This document shows positions 1-9,776 of a DNA stretch of 32,000 bases, one piece after another. The position numbers were made by a program, and so were the translations under genes. Every line of letters begins with the position of its first letter. Position 1 is the first letter of the stretch. A model generated the notes under the pieces. It was not told the origin of the DNA, searched no databases, and was given only the letters and a program-made list of their open reading frames with translations. Location: positions 1,710,001 to 1,742,000 of the forward strand of contig NZ_CP017260.1 in NCBI RefSeq assembly GCF_001735745.1, given 5' to 3'. Origin of the DNA: Formosa sp. Hel1_33_131. GTDB taxonomy: Bacteria > Bacteroidota > Bacteroidia > Flavobacteriales > Flavobacteriaceae.

Positions 1-1
1 T

Positions 2-1561
2 TTATTTGGCAGTGGTAAAATGTTTTTGCCACAAGTGGTCAAATCCGCCCGTGTGATGAAACGCGCCGTGGCACATTTACAACCCTTTATTGAGGCCGAA
101 AAAGACGGAAAAATTGAATTTGCTGGTAAAATTTTAATGGCAACCGTCAAGGGCGATGTGCATGATATTGGAAAAAATATTGTGAGTGTTGTTTTAGGTT
201 GTAATAATTATGAGATTGTAGATTTAGGCGTGATGGTGCCGCCTGAAAAAATCATAGAAACCGCCATCAAAGAACAAGTGGATATTATTGGGCTCAGTGG
301 GCTCATTACGCCCTCTTTAGACGAGATGGTCTATGTATCCAAAGAAATGGAAAAGCAAGGGTTCAAAATCCCTCTAATGATTGGTGGGGCGACGACCTCC
401 AAAGCGCATTCTGCGGTGAAGATTGCGCCCCACTATAGCCATACAGTCATTCATGTCAACGATGCGTCTAGAGCTGTGACTGTGGTAGGTGATTTACTCA
501 AAAAAGACAACCAACAACACCTTAGCGATTTAAGAACGTCTTACGATGTATTTAGAGAGCAATTTTTAAGCAGAACCAAGCAAAAGGAATACATTTCTAT
601 AGAGGAAGCCCGCTCCAAAAAATATAAAATTAACTGGGAACAAACGACCATTGTCAAACCTAAAAAATTAGGGATTCAAGTGATTCAAGAGTTTGACATT
701 ACAAAACTTGAAGAATTCATTGATTGGAGTCCGTTTTTTAGAAGTTGGGACCTTCATGGGAAATATCCCAACATATTAACAGATGAGGTTGTAGGAGAAC
801 AAGCTACCGAATTGTTTAAAGATGCTCAAGAATTGTTGCAACGTATTTTTTCAGAGAAATTATTGGGAGCCAAAGCCATTTTTGGATTGTTTCCAGCCAA
901 TACAATCAATGATGATGACATTGAAATTTATGACGAAAACGGAGATATACAACATACCTTTTTAACGCTTCGTCAGCAACTCAAAAAACGAGCGGAAGTT
1001 CCCAATATCGCACTGTCTGATTTTATTGCCCCGAAGTCAACTGGGCAAACCGATTATATGGGTTGTTTTTGTGTGAGTACAGGTTTTGGAACCAAAGCAC
1101 TTGCCGAAGCATTTGAAGCAGATCATGACGATTATAACTCCATTATGATCAAAGCCCTCGCCGATCGATTGGCAGAAGCTTTTGCGGAATACTTACACAA
1201 AGAAGTACGGGTCAATCATTGGGGCTACGCTGCGGATGAAGCCCTTTCCAATACCGATTTAATCAAAGAAACGTACAAAGGCATTCGTCCCGCGCCCGGC
1301 TATCCTGCCTGTCCAGACCATTTGGAGAAACAAACGATTTGGAAACTTTTGGAAGTCGAACAACAGATAGGAGTGGAGCTCACCGAAAGTTTGGCCATGT
1401 GGCCAGCCGCCAGTGTCAGTGGGTATTATTTTGGAAATCCTGAAGCCAAGTATTTTGGTTTGGGAAAAATTACAGAAGATCAATTGATTGATTATTCAAA
1501 ACGAAGAGACATTAGTATCGAAGATGCTCAAAAATGGTTAAACCCAAATTTAGCAAACTAA
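2..1561 (+). CDS. metH: Cobalamin-dependent methionine synthase, C-terminal portion (B12-binding and AdoMet-activation domains); the 5' end is beyond the left edge of the window
   Basis: The frame is open from base 2 (LFGSGK precedes the first Met in the ORF track). It contains '[15 protein letters not shown]', the cobalamin-binding DxHxxG signature '[11 protein letters not shown]', and the activation-domain motif '[12 protein letters not shown]'. metF follows 10 nt downstream. Confidence 0.93.
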   Translation, partial: LFGSGKMFLPQVVKSARVMKRAVAHLQPFIEAEKDGKIEFAGKILMATVKGDVHDIGKNIVSVVLGCNNYEIVDLGVMVPPEKIIETAIKEQVDIIGLSGLITPSLDEMVYVSKEMEKQGFKIPLMIGGATTSKAHSAVKIAPHYSHTVIHVNDASRAVTVVGDLLKKDNQQHLSDLRTSYDVFREQFLSRTKQKEYISIEEARSKKYKINWEQTTIVKPKKLGIQVIQEFDITKLEEFIDWSPFFRSWDLHGKYPNILTDEVVGEQATELFKDAQELLQRIFSEKLLGAKAIFGLFPANTINDDDIEIYDENGDIQHTFLTLRQQLKKRAEVPNIALSDFIAPKSTGQTDYMGCFCVSTGFGTKALAEAFEADHDDYNSIMIKALADRLAEAFAEYLHKEVRVNHWGYAADEALSNTDLIKETYKGIRPAPGYPACPDHLEKQTIWKLLEVEQQIGVELTESLAMWPAASVSGYYFGNPEAKYFGLGKITEDQLIDYSKRRDISIEDAQKWLNPNLAN

Positions 1562-1571
1562 ACAGCCAATT

Positions 1572-2525
1572 ATGAAAGTTACAGACCATTTAAAAAACGC
1601 CAACGGAAAGACTTTATTTTCATTTGAAATTATTCCCCCTAAAAAAGGAAAAAATATTCAGGAGTTGTATAATAACATCGATCCATTGATGGAATTCAAT
1701 CCACCTTTTATTGACGTGACCACGTCAAGAGAGGAGTATATCTATATAGAAAAAAAGGGCTTGTTTGATCGGAAAATCACCAGAATGCGCCCCGGAACTT
1801 TGGGAATTTGCGCCGCCATCAAACACAAATACGAGGTGGATACCATTCCGCACGTACTTTGTGGCGGGTTCACCAAAGAAGAAACAGAGTATCTGTTGGT
1901 CGATTGTCATTATTTGGGAATTGACAATGTGATGGCACTTCGAGGCGATACGATGCCGCATCAAAAATATTTTGAACAGACCAAAGGCGGACATAACTAT
2001 GCAACAGATTTGGTGCAGCAAATACATAAATTAAACAAAGGACAGTATTTACACGATGTTGAAGAAGTTGACAACAAACCTGATTTTTGCATTGGTGTTG
2101 CGGGCTATCCCGAAAAACACATTGAATCGCCTTCCTTGCATTCGGATTTGTTGCGCTTAAAAGAAAAAGTCGATGCAGGCGCAGATTATGTGGTGACTCA
2201 AATGTTTTTTGATAACCAACGGTATTTTGAATTTGTAAAAATGGCGAGAGAAATGGGGATTACTGTTCCCATCATCCCAGGGATTAAGCCCTTGGCTATT
2301 GAAAAACATTTACAATTACTACCACAAGTTTTTAAAATAGACTTGCCAGAAGCGCTCATCAAAGAAGTGAATAAATGTGACACAAACGCACAAATACGAC
2401 AAGTAGGCGTGGAGTGGACCATTCAGCAGTCCAAAGAATTACTGGACTTTGGCGTGCCGGTATTGCATTATTATTCGATGGGAAAAAGTGATAATATCAA
2501 AGCCATTGCTTCCCAGTTGTTTTAA
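1572..2525 (+). CDS. metF: 5,10-methylenetetrahydrofolate reductase
   Basis: 317 aa. MetF-like motifs 'FSFEIIPPK', 'MALRGD', 'AGYPEKH' and 'DAGADYVVTQMFFD'. It is adjacent to and co-oriented with metH. Confidence 0.9.
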   Translation: MKVTDHLKNANGKTLFSFEIIPPKKGKNIQELYNNIDPLMEFNPPFIDVTTSREEYIYIEKKGLFDRKITRMRPGTLGICAAIKHKYEVDTIPHVLCGGFTKEETEYLLVDCHYLGIDNVMALRGDTMPHQKYFEQTKGGHNYATDLVQQIHKLNKGQYLHDVEEVDNKPDFCIGVAGYPEKHIESPSLHSDLLRLKEKVDAGADYVVTQMFFDNQRYFEFVKMAREMGITVPIIPGIKPLAIEKHLQLLPQVFKIDLPEALIKEVNKCDTNAQIRQVGVEWTIQQSKELLDFGVPVLHYYSMGKSDNIKAIASQLF

Positions 2526-2556
2526 GTGGTGAACCTCCCAGAATTCTGTATAATAA

Positions 2557-2693
2557 AAAAGAGGCTGTCTGAAAAGTCTTTTTCTTGTCAAGCTGAACTC
2601 GTTTCAGCTTCTCATAATTATTGATTTTCAACATTTTGAGATTCTGAAATAAATTCAGAATGACAGGTTTTCTACTTTTTAGACGACCTCTTT
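2557..2693. repeat. 137-bp composite palindromic hairpin element between the convergent metF and T9SS-cargo genes; probably a bidirectional terminator or REP-like intergenic element
   Basis: Outer imperfect inverted repeat aaagaggctgtctgaaaag (2558-2576) / ctttttagacgacctcttt (2675-2693), 16 of 19 complementary. It encloses two perfect 8-bp-stem hairpins: aagctgaa-ctcgt-ttcagctt (2590-2610) and attctgaa-ataaa-ttcagaat (2641-2661). These share a gtca-NNCTGAA...TTCAGNN-tctc architecture in opposite orientations. Confidence 0.6.
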
Positions 2694-2712
2694 ATATTGT
2701 AGTAATTAAGCC

Positions 2713-3558
2713 TTATTCTTTGACGATTTTCATTGTCTTACTATTGTTTGAGTTGTCTTTAAGTTGAACAAAATAAATACCCTTATTCAAATCAGAGATA
2801 TCAAATGAATTGTTGTTAAGTTGAGATGCATTAAGATTCATAACCTTCTGTCCAAGTTGATTGAAAATTGAAATTTCTTTGATATTTCTAATGTCAGTAC
2901 CTGCGATATTAATTAACCCGTTTGTTGGATTTGGATAAAGTTCTACGTCTGATGTATTAAAACCTTCAACAGAAAGGCTAGAGTTAACAGTTACGGACAT
3001 ATTATCTATCACTAACCGAAACATATCTGTGCAATCCCAGTGTCTAACAAACATTCTTACGGTTAGGTTAGAAAAATTTGTCACGGCGTCGACGTTCTCA
3101 ATTGTAATAGAAACGGTTTTTGGAGAATCCACACTTGCAGCACTCGTTAATATTTCAGTATGAAAAGGTAAAGATTGAGCATCTTCAGTTCCTACTGATT
3201 CATACAGTCCAATAGAAAATTTTTCTCCGGCCCAAGAGGAATCTGCTGCATACACATCAACAGATATAGTAACACTTTCTGTATTGGCAGGAATAGTCAT
3301 TTCAGGACTAAAAATCCAATTGTCAGGTGTTAATGCTGTAAGAGTATCATTGTGAAATGATTCTGAGAAAAACGCTATCGTAACTGGGTCAAGCTCACTT
3401 TCGGCTGCATTCATGGCTTGGAAACCAAAAGTATCCCCGTCAGCATCAATAACTAGATAGTCCGCTGTTGCATAATCATCACAATCTGTAGACCATAATG
3501 GGTCTTGTGAATAGCTAAAAAACCCTACTAATAGGGCTAATAAAGTAATTTTTTTCAT
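2713..3558 (-). CDS. Secreted protein with a T9SS (Por) C-terminal sorting domain; the N-terminal region is possibly choice-of-anchor-J-like
   Basis: Signal peptide MKKITLLALLVGFFSYS. The C-terminal ~80 aa 'VELYPNPTNGLINI...ISIFNQLGQKVMNL...LNKGIYFVQLKDNSNNSKTMKIVKE' fits the type-A T9SS CTD pattern. 'DADGDTFGF...PDNWIFSP' resembles choice-of-anchor J domains (from memory). Confidence 0.8.
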   Translation of the reverse strand: MKKITLLALLVGFFSYSQDPLWSTDCDDYATADYLVIDADGDTFGFQAMNAAESELDPVTIAFFSESFHNDTLTALTPDNWIFSPEMTIPANTESVTISVDVYAADSSWAGEKFSIGLYESVGTEDAQSLPFHTEILTSAASVDSPKTVSITIENVDAVTNFSNLTVRMFVRHWDCTDMFRLVIDNMSVTVNSSLSVEGFNTSDVELYPNPTNGLINIAGTDIRNIKEISIFNQLGQKVMNLNASQLNNNSFDISDLNKGIYFVQLKDNSNNSKTMKIVKE

Positions 3559-3784
3559 AATATTTTGTTTATTGATTAAGGAGTAAAGTTAAACAAAATA
3601 AATAAATAAAACAAAAATAATGTAACATTAAGGCTTTCGTTTTGAGGTTTTTGTTAAATAAATAGCAGTTTTGATCTATTAAATTAATAATGTTCTATTA
3701 AACATAAAGATTCAATAATCAGCATTTCGCAGTTTCAATTATTTAACGTATTTCTAAGAAACAATACGTTTTATATGTGTAATT

Positions 3785-4783
3785 TTGGATTTCAATGAAG
3801 ACTGTTTGAAGAAAATTGAAACCATAAAAAAACCAATCACTTATGAGATGGAGCTTTTCGAAAAGAAATTTCGATTGTCCATGTCCAGTCGGGTGGCACT
3901 TCTGAACCGTATTACGCATTATATTGTCAACCGCAAGGGAAAACAAATGCGTCCTATGTTTGTGTTTTTGACGGCTAAGATGATTTCCAATGGGGAAGTG
4001 AGCGAACGCACCTACAGAGGAGCATCCGTGCTTGAATTGATTCACACCGCTACTTTGGTGCATGACGATGTGGTGGATGAAAGCGACCGTCGCCGTGGTT
4101 TTTTCTCCATAAATGCGCTTTGGAAAAATAAGATTGCCGTTTTGGTAGGCGATTTTTTATTATCAAAAGGGCTTTTGTTGTGTATTGATAATAATGATTT
4201 TGACCTCTTAAAAATAATCTCAGTAGCCGTTCGTGAAATGAGCGAAGGCGAGTTGTTGCAAATCGAAAAAGCCAGAAACCTAGACATTACCGAAGCCATC
4301 TATTACGAAATAATTCGTCAAAAAACAGCCACGCTTATTGCCGCCTGTTGTAGTTTGGGTGCCGCCTCCGTGAAACCCCTTTCTGAAGAGGTGGAAACGA
4401 TGCGTAAATTTGGAGAGCTTATTGGAATGGCGTTTCAAATAAAAGATGACTTGTTTGATTACGGTACCCAACAAATTGGGAAACCTACGGGAATTGATAT
4501 CAAAGAACAGAAAATGACGCTTCCACTTATATATGTGTTGAACCACTGTTCTAAAAAAGAAAAAAGTTGGTTAATTAACTCTGTTAAAAATCACAACAAA
4601 GACTCCAAACGTGTGAAAGAAGTGATTGCTTTTGTAAAAGACAATGGCGGTTTGGACTATGCGGTGTCAAAGATGAAAGCATTTCAGGAGCAGGCTTTAA
4701 AATTACTCGAACCGTTCCCAGAATCGCCTTACAAAAAATCTCTGATTTTGATGGTGAACTACGTCATTGAAAGAAATAAGTAA
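3785..4783 (+). CDS. Polyprenyl diphosphate synthase (trans-isoprenyl synthase, IspB-like)
   Basis: 332 aa with both aspartate-rich motifs: 'LVHDDVVDESDRRRG' (DDxxD) and 'FQIKDDLFDY'. The only start that keeps the conserved 'KKPITYEMELFEKKF' N-terminus is TTG at 3785; the next in-frame ATG is at 3848. Confidence 0.88.
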   Translation: MDFNEDCLKKIETIKKPITYEMELFEKKFRLSMSSRVALLNRITHYIVNRKGKQMRPMFVFLTAKMISNGEVSERTYRGASVLELIHTATLVHDDVVDESDRRRGFFSINALWKNKIAVLVGDFLLSKGLLLCIDNNDFDLLKIISVAVREMSEGELLQIEKARNLDITEAIYYEIIRQKTATLIAACCSLGAASVKPLSEEVETMRKFGELIGMAFQIKDDLFDYGTQQIGKPTGIDIKEQKMTLPLIYVLNHCSKKEKSWLINSVKNHNKDSKRVKEVIAFVKDNGGLDYAVSKMKAFQEQALKLLEPFPESPYKKSLILMVNYVIERNK

Positions 4784-4788
4784 GGGGA

Positions 4789-6063
4789 CTAAAGCCCTAG
4801 GTGTTTTACTGCGGGACTTCCAAATTCATAGCCATAAGCCCTCCATGAACTGGGTTCGCTTTCATACTTCCAAACAACATCGCCATCAGGGGTGACTTCC
4901 CACATTCCAAAATCACCTTCACAAATGAGCGTGTTTCCATTGCCCAATCGGTCCGCTCCCGAAATTCTTACAAAGTGCAGTTCTTCATCCGTAAAGCTCC
5001 ATACAGTTGTGGGTTCGTTGTTGGTATTAGGCAGCAATGAATAAGGTTCAGGAAGCCTCATTTCATAAACAGTAGATTGTTGCAATCCGTCAGGACCGGA
5101 ATTACCATAAATCAACATATTGCCTGCTCCAGGGACTCCGTTTTTTAATAAATTAGGAAAGTGATTGCTGTAAAACGTTCGCGTTCCAGATGAATTGTTA
5201 TAGGCCATAGGGTTTCCAAAACGGTACAGCAAATCGCCGCCTTTGTTGTAATTTCCACCGGAGTTACTGCTTGCTTCATTGATTGTGGTGCTGTGGTCGA
5301 CAGCCCACACCTCACTAAAGAAATTGACACTTATATAGACAACATCTTTGACAGCGTCGTAACTGAGGCCATTAGCATGCATAAAGTCTCCGCTAGGCTT
5401 TAAATTATAGTTGATATTGATGCGTTGTGGGTTGTCTGATATTGCGCCGTAATTAGGGGCATTGGAATCATGTTCTTGAACAATATGATCCCAGCTGCGC
5501 CATTCCCATTCCACTTGATTGGTATTGGGATTGACTTCGATTAATGTTTCTACATAAACGTTTGAATCAAAATCGACTCCAGCAGCTTGTACTTCAGCAG
5601 CATCAATTTCCTCCCAGACTAAAAAAATCACATTTCCATTTGGCAACATTTCAACGTCATGGTGTCCGATGTCGTTTCCGTTGACGTAATCGTAACTCCA
5701 GGCTTCAGTTCCAGCTTCGTCAAAAATTTTGACAACACCTCCATAGCCTCCAAAGTTAACAACCGGATCGGATCGTTTAAACATTCCAATGCTTTTTCCA
5801 TCGGGTAACAGTTCAAAATCGTTTCCAAGATTTGTTTCAAAGTTCCATTCATAAAGCGTATTCCCTTGTTTGTCTACTAAAAGGGATGTTGTTCTTCCGC
5901 TTTTAACAAGTAAACTTAGATGGTCATGAATTTTTTCGGAATCATACACTAGAACGTTATCCGTTAAAATAACTTCGGGTTCAGGGGGCGTAATTTCTGT
6001 GTCGTCTTTACAGCTAAAACTCAAGAGGATAAACAGAAAAGTAATTGGGGCTTTACATTTCAT
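4789..6063 (-). CDS. Lipoprotein, arylsulfotransferase (ASST)-family-like beta-propeller protein
   Basis: Start taken at the internal ATG 6063, giving the lipoprotein signal MKCKAPITFLFILLSFSC. The longer ORF to 6150 would overlap dnaG. 'IGHHDVEMLPNGNVIFL', 'HANGLSYD...ISVNFFSEVWAVDH' and 'GGDLLYRFGNP' resemble ASST-family repeats as I remember them; no HMM was run. Confidence 0.55.
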   Translation of the reverse strand: MKCKAPITFLFILLSFSCKDDTEITPPEPEVILTDNVLVYDSEKIHDHLSLLVKSGRTTSLLVDKQGNTLYEWNFETNLGNDFELLPDGKSIGMFKRSDPVVNFGGYGGVVKIFDEAGTEAWSYDYVNGNDIGHHDVEMLPNGNVIFLVWEEIDAAEVQAAGVDFDSNVYVETLIEVNPNTNQVEWEWRSWDHIVQEHDSNAPNYGAISDNPQRININYNLKPSGDFMHANGLSYDAVKDVVYISVNFFSEVWAVDHSTTINEASSNSGGNYNKGGDLLYRFGNPMAYNNSSGTRTFYSNHFPNLLKNGVPGAGNMLIYGNSGPDGLQQSTVYEMRLPEPYSLLPNTNNEPTTVWSFTDEELHFVRISGADRLGNGNTLICEGDFGMWEVTPDGDVVWKYESEPSSWRAYGYEFGSPAVKHLGL

Positions 6064-6155
6064 GATCCAAAAATAAACAAAAATGTGTAATGTATCTAAC
6101 TTAATTCTTGTATTTTTATGAGCCCGAAAAAAATCTTTTAAAAAAAGCATTTAAT

Positions 6156-8108
6156 TTGATATCAAAAGCCACCATAGATCAAGTATTTGACACTGCCCGT
6201 GTAGAGGAAGTGATCGGCGATTTTGTGCAATTAAAAAAATCGGGAAGTAACTTTAAAGGTTTAAGCCCTTTTAGTGAAGAACGCACCCCAAGTTTTATGG
6301 TGTCTCCTGTAAAACAAATTTGGAAAGATTTTTCAACAGGAAAAGGAGGAACCTCCGTTTCATTCTTAATGGAACATGAGCATTTCACCTATCCTGAAGC
6401 CATCAAATATTTAGCTCGAAAATATAACATTGAAATTGAGGAAACCGTACAGTCGGATTCTGATAAAGAAGCCGCCGGAGAACGTGAAAGTATGTATTTG
6501 GTCAGTGAGTACGCGAGAACCTATTTTCATAATACACTGCTTAAAACCGATGCTGGAAAAGCGATTGGCCTTAGTTATTTTAAGGAACGTGGATTTACTG
6601 AAGAGACGATCAAAGATTTTCAGTTGGGGTATTCTACGGATGCTTGGAGTGGATTGACAGATTCAGCGCTTAAAAAAGGGTATCAGTTAAAATATTTAGA
6701 AAGCACGGGTCTTTCGATTGTGAAAGAAACCAAACAGTTTGACCGTTTCAAAGGGCGGGTGATGTTTCCCATTCATAGCATGTCTGGACGGGTACTTGGA
6801 TTTGGTGGAAGAATTTTGGCTAAGAACGAAAAAGCAGCCAAATATCTCAACTCTCCAGAGAGTGATATTTATCACAAAAGTAAAGTCTTATATGGAATTT
6901 ACTATGCCAAACAAACGATCGCCAAAGAAGATAATTGTTATTTGGTAGAAGGCTATACCGATGTGATTCAATTCCATCAGAAAGGGATTAAAAATGTGGT
7001 GTCCTCTTCGGGAACTGCTTTGACGCCTGACCAAATTCGATTGATCAATCGCTTGACAAAAAACATTACAGTCCTGTTTGATGGCGATCCCGCAGGAATA
7101 AGAGCCGCACTTCGTGGGATCGATTTGATTTTGGAGCAAGGCATGAATGTCAAAATTTGCACCTTTCCAGAAGGTGAAGATCCGGACAGTTTTGCAAAAC
7201 AAAATACGCTTGAAGAATTACAAGCCTATCTAAAAGAAAACGCAAAGGATTTTATTGCTTATAAAGCATCTTTGTTGATGGAAGAAGCGCAAAATGATCC
7301 AGTGGCAAAAGCCAATTTGATTCGGGACATGGTCACCAGTATTTCTAAAGTGACCGATAACATTCAACGTGAAATTTATGTGCGGGAGTGTTCTCGTATT
7401 ATGGACATTAGCGAAGGAGTGCTTTTTAGTACACTGGCGCAGATGGGAAAAAAAGCGGAGAATGACGCCAACAAATCTTACAATCAAAAACAAAAAGCAT
7501 TTGAAGTTGTCAAATCCACAGCAGCACCCATAAAAGTGGACATTCAGTACGAGCTGGAACAAAAAATCATTGAAATATTACTCTTATACGGAAGTCGAAA
7601 AGAGTCTTTCGAAGATTTAATTTTGAAAGAAAACGACAAAGGAGCATTGGCGCTCGAACCCGTCATTCATGAGGTTAAAGTTTTTGAGAAAATATTTCTG
7701 GATTTACAAGAGGATGAAATGCAGTTTACCAATGAGAATTTCAAAACGCTTTATTATACGATTATCGACAGTTTAAACCAGACAGAAGATTTTGTGATTG
7801 AATCTTTTGTGAATCATTTAGATCCTGTGTTAGCATCCGATGTGACTGATATTTTGATGAATGAAGAACGCTACAATCTTCATAATTGGGAGAAAAATAA
7901 TATTTTTCCAAAACAAAAAGATGTGAGTATTGCGCAGTTGGTCAGTGAAACAATTTTGACTTTGCGTTGTTTTTTAATCGACCGAAAAGTGGATGAAATC
8001 AAACAAGATACGCAGGATGAAGTGGACCACAGAACGCTTTTGGAAGATGTGTTGAATTACTCCAATTTAAAAATGTTGTTATCCAGAAAACTGAGTCGCG
8101 TCCTCTAA
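6156..8108 (+). CDS. dnaG: DNA primase
   Basis: 'ARVEEVIGDFVQLKKSGSNFKGLSPF..TPSFMVSP', the TOPRIM region 'CYLVEGYTDVIQFHQKG...VSSSGTALT...ITVLFDGDPAGIRAALRG', and a C-terminal helical domain. There is no in-frame ATG near the 5' end. The candidates are TTG 6156 (giving M-ISKATIDQV, preferred) or TTG 6108. Confidence 0.9.
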   Translation: MISKATIDQVFDTARVEEVIGDFVQLKKSGSNFKGLSPFSEERTPSFMVSPVKQIWKDFSTGKGGTSVSFLMEHEHFTYPEAIKYLARKYNIEIEETVQSDSDKEAAGERESMYLVSEYARTYFHNTLLKTDAGKAIGLSYFKERGFTEETIKDFQLGYSTDAWSGLTDSALKKGYQLKYLESTGLSIVKETKQFDRFKGRVMFPIHSMSGRVLGFGGRILAKNEKAAKYLNSPESDIYHKSKVLYGIYYAKQTIAKEDNCYLVEGYTDVIQFHQKGIKNVVSSSGTALTPDQIRLINRLTKNITVLFDGDPAGIRAALRGIDLILEQGMNVKICTFPEGEDPDSFAKQNTLEELQAYLKENAKDFIAYKASLLMEEAQNDPVAKANLIRDMVTSISKVTDNIQREIYVRECSRIMDISEGVLFSTLAQMGKKAENDANKSYNQKQKAFEVVKSTAAPIKVDIQYELEQKIIEILLLYGSRKESFEDLILKENDKGALALEPVIHEVKVFEKIFLDLQEDEMQFTNENFKTLYYTIIDSLNQTEDFVIESFVNHLDPVLASDVTDILMNEERYNLHNWEKNNIFPKQKDVSIAQLVSETILTLRCFLIDRKVDEIKQDTQDEVDHRTLLEDVLNYSNLKMLLSRKLSRVL

Positions 8109-8111
8109 ACG

Positions 8112-8735
8112 TTATTTGTTCTGACGTCCGTGATCGATCAATTCGACAAGATTTGAAACATTTAATTTTTTCATCAAACGCAGTTTATAAGTACTCACGG
8201 TTTTTTCATTGATGTTCAATTGATCCGCAATGTCTTTGTTTCTTTTCCCAGAAGATATGAGCTTCAAAACTTCCACTTCACGGGTCGAAAGTTTCTTGTA
8301 CAAATTCATGGTTCCGAGATTATTTTTTTCAAAGGTAAGACTCTCCGCAAGTTCCTTACTGACATAAATACCTCCTTTAAACACCTTTAGAATGGCGCGT
8401 TTGATGGTAGAGGTGGTCACCGTTTTAGAGAGATAACCAGAAGCCCCTGCTTTGATCGCGCTGATCGCATAAATATCCTCTGGATGTGTGCTAAAAATAA
8501 TCACACTTACATCGTTAAATTCTTTTTTTATCGTACGAAGCACCGTGATTCCATTGATGTCCGGAAGGTCCATAGTCATGAGAACGATGTCTGTATTGGA
8601 TTTTTTGAGATAGTCTAAAAGTTGCTTTGCAGAGTTTGCGGTGTTTACAATTTTAATATCTGCTGAGTTCTCAAACAACACACGAATCCCATAGCTTACA
8701 ATGGGTTGATGATCTGCAACGAGGACTCGAATCAT
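8112..8735 (-). CDS. Response regulator, NarL/FixJ (LuxR-type HTH) family
   Basis: 207 aa. The receiver domain has 'MIRVLVADHQP', 'VLMTMDLPDINGI' and 'AGASGYLSKT'. The C-terminal LuxR HTH reads 'LSTREVEVLKLISSGKRNKDIADQLNINEKTVSTYKLRLMKKL'. Confidence 0.88.
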   Translation of the reverse strand: MIRVLVADHQPIVSYGIRVLFENSADIKIVNTANSAKQLLDYLKKSNTDIVLMTMDLPDINGITVLRTIKKEFNDVSVIIFSTHPEDIYAISAIKAGASGYLSKTVTTSTIKRAILKVFKGGIYVSKELAESLTFEKNNLGTMNLYKKLSTREVEVLKLISSGKRNKDIADQLNINEKTVSTYKLRLMKKLNVSNLVELIDHGRQNK

Positions 8736-8741
8736 GTTATT

Positions 8742-9539
8742 TTATTTTAAGTTTTGAGGAATTTCACAGACAGGGATGGGGTTCATTTTATGTTTATTGG
8801 CCGCATTGTAGCGTGAATAAATTTCAAGAACCGTACGTTCTCTGCCTTCAAAATCGTCCACTGTTTTTCCGTTTTCAACCTCCTTCATAGCCCATTCCAA
8901 TTCGGGATACGAAGCCCCAATTTGGTCTTCGTCACTTCGGGAGTCCCCAAACAAACCATCACTTGGTGCTGCGGTTAAGATGCTTTCAGGGATTTCTAAA
9001 GCCCTTCCTAAATCGTACACTTCCGATTTTAAGAGGTCTGCAATTGGGCTGAGGTCCACGCCGCCATCTCCATATTTTGTATAAAATCCAACGCCAAAAT
9101 CTTCCACTTTATTTCCGGTTCCAGCCACTAGTTTTCCTAAAAGTCCCGCATAGTAATAAAGAGTGGTCATTCGCAACCGTGCTCTCGAATTTGCCAATGC
9201 CATATCGACCATGATTGTGCTGCCTTCCAAATCAATTTCAGATTTAAAACTTTCAAAAACGGGTGTTAAATCAACCCGAGTGGACTGTACATTTGGAAAC
9301 CTATTTTTCAGTTGTTCGATGTGTTCCTGAGCTCTTGACACATGACTTTCTGTTTGGTGAATGGGCATTTCTAAACACATCACATCCAGTCCCGTGAGGG
9401 CACAAAGTGTTGAGGTCACTGCAGAATCCACCCCGCCAGAAACGCCAACCACAAAACCACTGACCTTTGCGTTTTCGGCATAGGTTTTTAACCATTCTAC
9501 AATATGGGGTGTCACTGATTTTGTGTTCATAGATTTCAT
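8742..9539 (-). CDS. nadE: Ammonia-dependent NAD+ synthetase
   Basis: PP-loop 'GVSGGVDSAV', 'GTGNKVEDFGVGFYTKYGDGGVDLSPI' and 'PSDGL'. Start placed at ATG 9539 (MKSMNTK); ATG 9530 is equally possible. The ORF-track start at 9608 adds an implausible leader. Confidence 0.88.
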   Translation of the reverse strand: MKSMNTKSVTPHIVEWLKTYAENAKVSGFVVGVSGGVDSAVTSTLCALTGLDVMCLEMPIHQTESHVSRAQEHIEQLKNRFPNVQSTRVDLTPVFESFKSEIDLEGSTIMVDMALANSRARLRMTTLYYYAGLLGKLVAGTGNKVEDFGVGFYTKYGDGGVDLSPIADLLKSEVYDLGRALEIPESILTAAPSDGLFGDSRSDEDQIGASYPELEWAMKEVENGKTVDDFEGRERTVLEIYSRYNAANKHKMNPIPVCEIPQNLK

Positions 9540-9776
9540 TTTTTTGATAGTGACACAAAAGTAAACTATTCTAGATAATTTATTTTTATCTAGGTAAAGA
9601 TAATACACTTAAAAGACAATTCATTGGTTAGTTTTTCGTTTGTTAATTTAGTGAAGTTATTCGCTATGTTTAAAAGTGAGAGATTGATGATGCGCCTTTA
9701 ATTTTTAATATAATCAAACCCCTTATCCAAAATAGATTAATTACTTTTGCCATTCAATTGGTATTAAACTTATAAT

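Noticed and set aside
6064-6150. N-terminal 29-aa extension of the ASST-like ORF (track start 6150), overlapping the dnaG 5' region
   Set aside because: The extension precedes a textbook lipoprotein signal that begins at the internal ATG 6063. It would also overlap the divergent dnaG start region. The shorter gene model is preferred.
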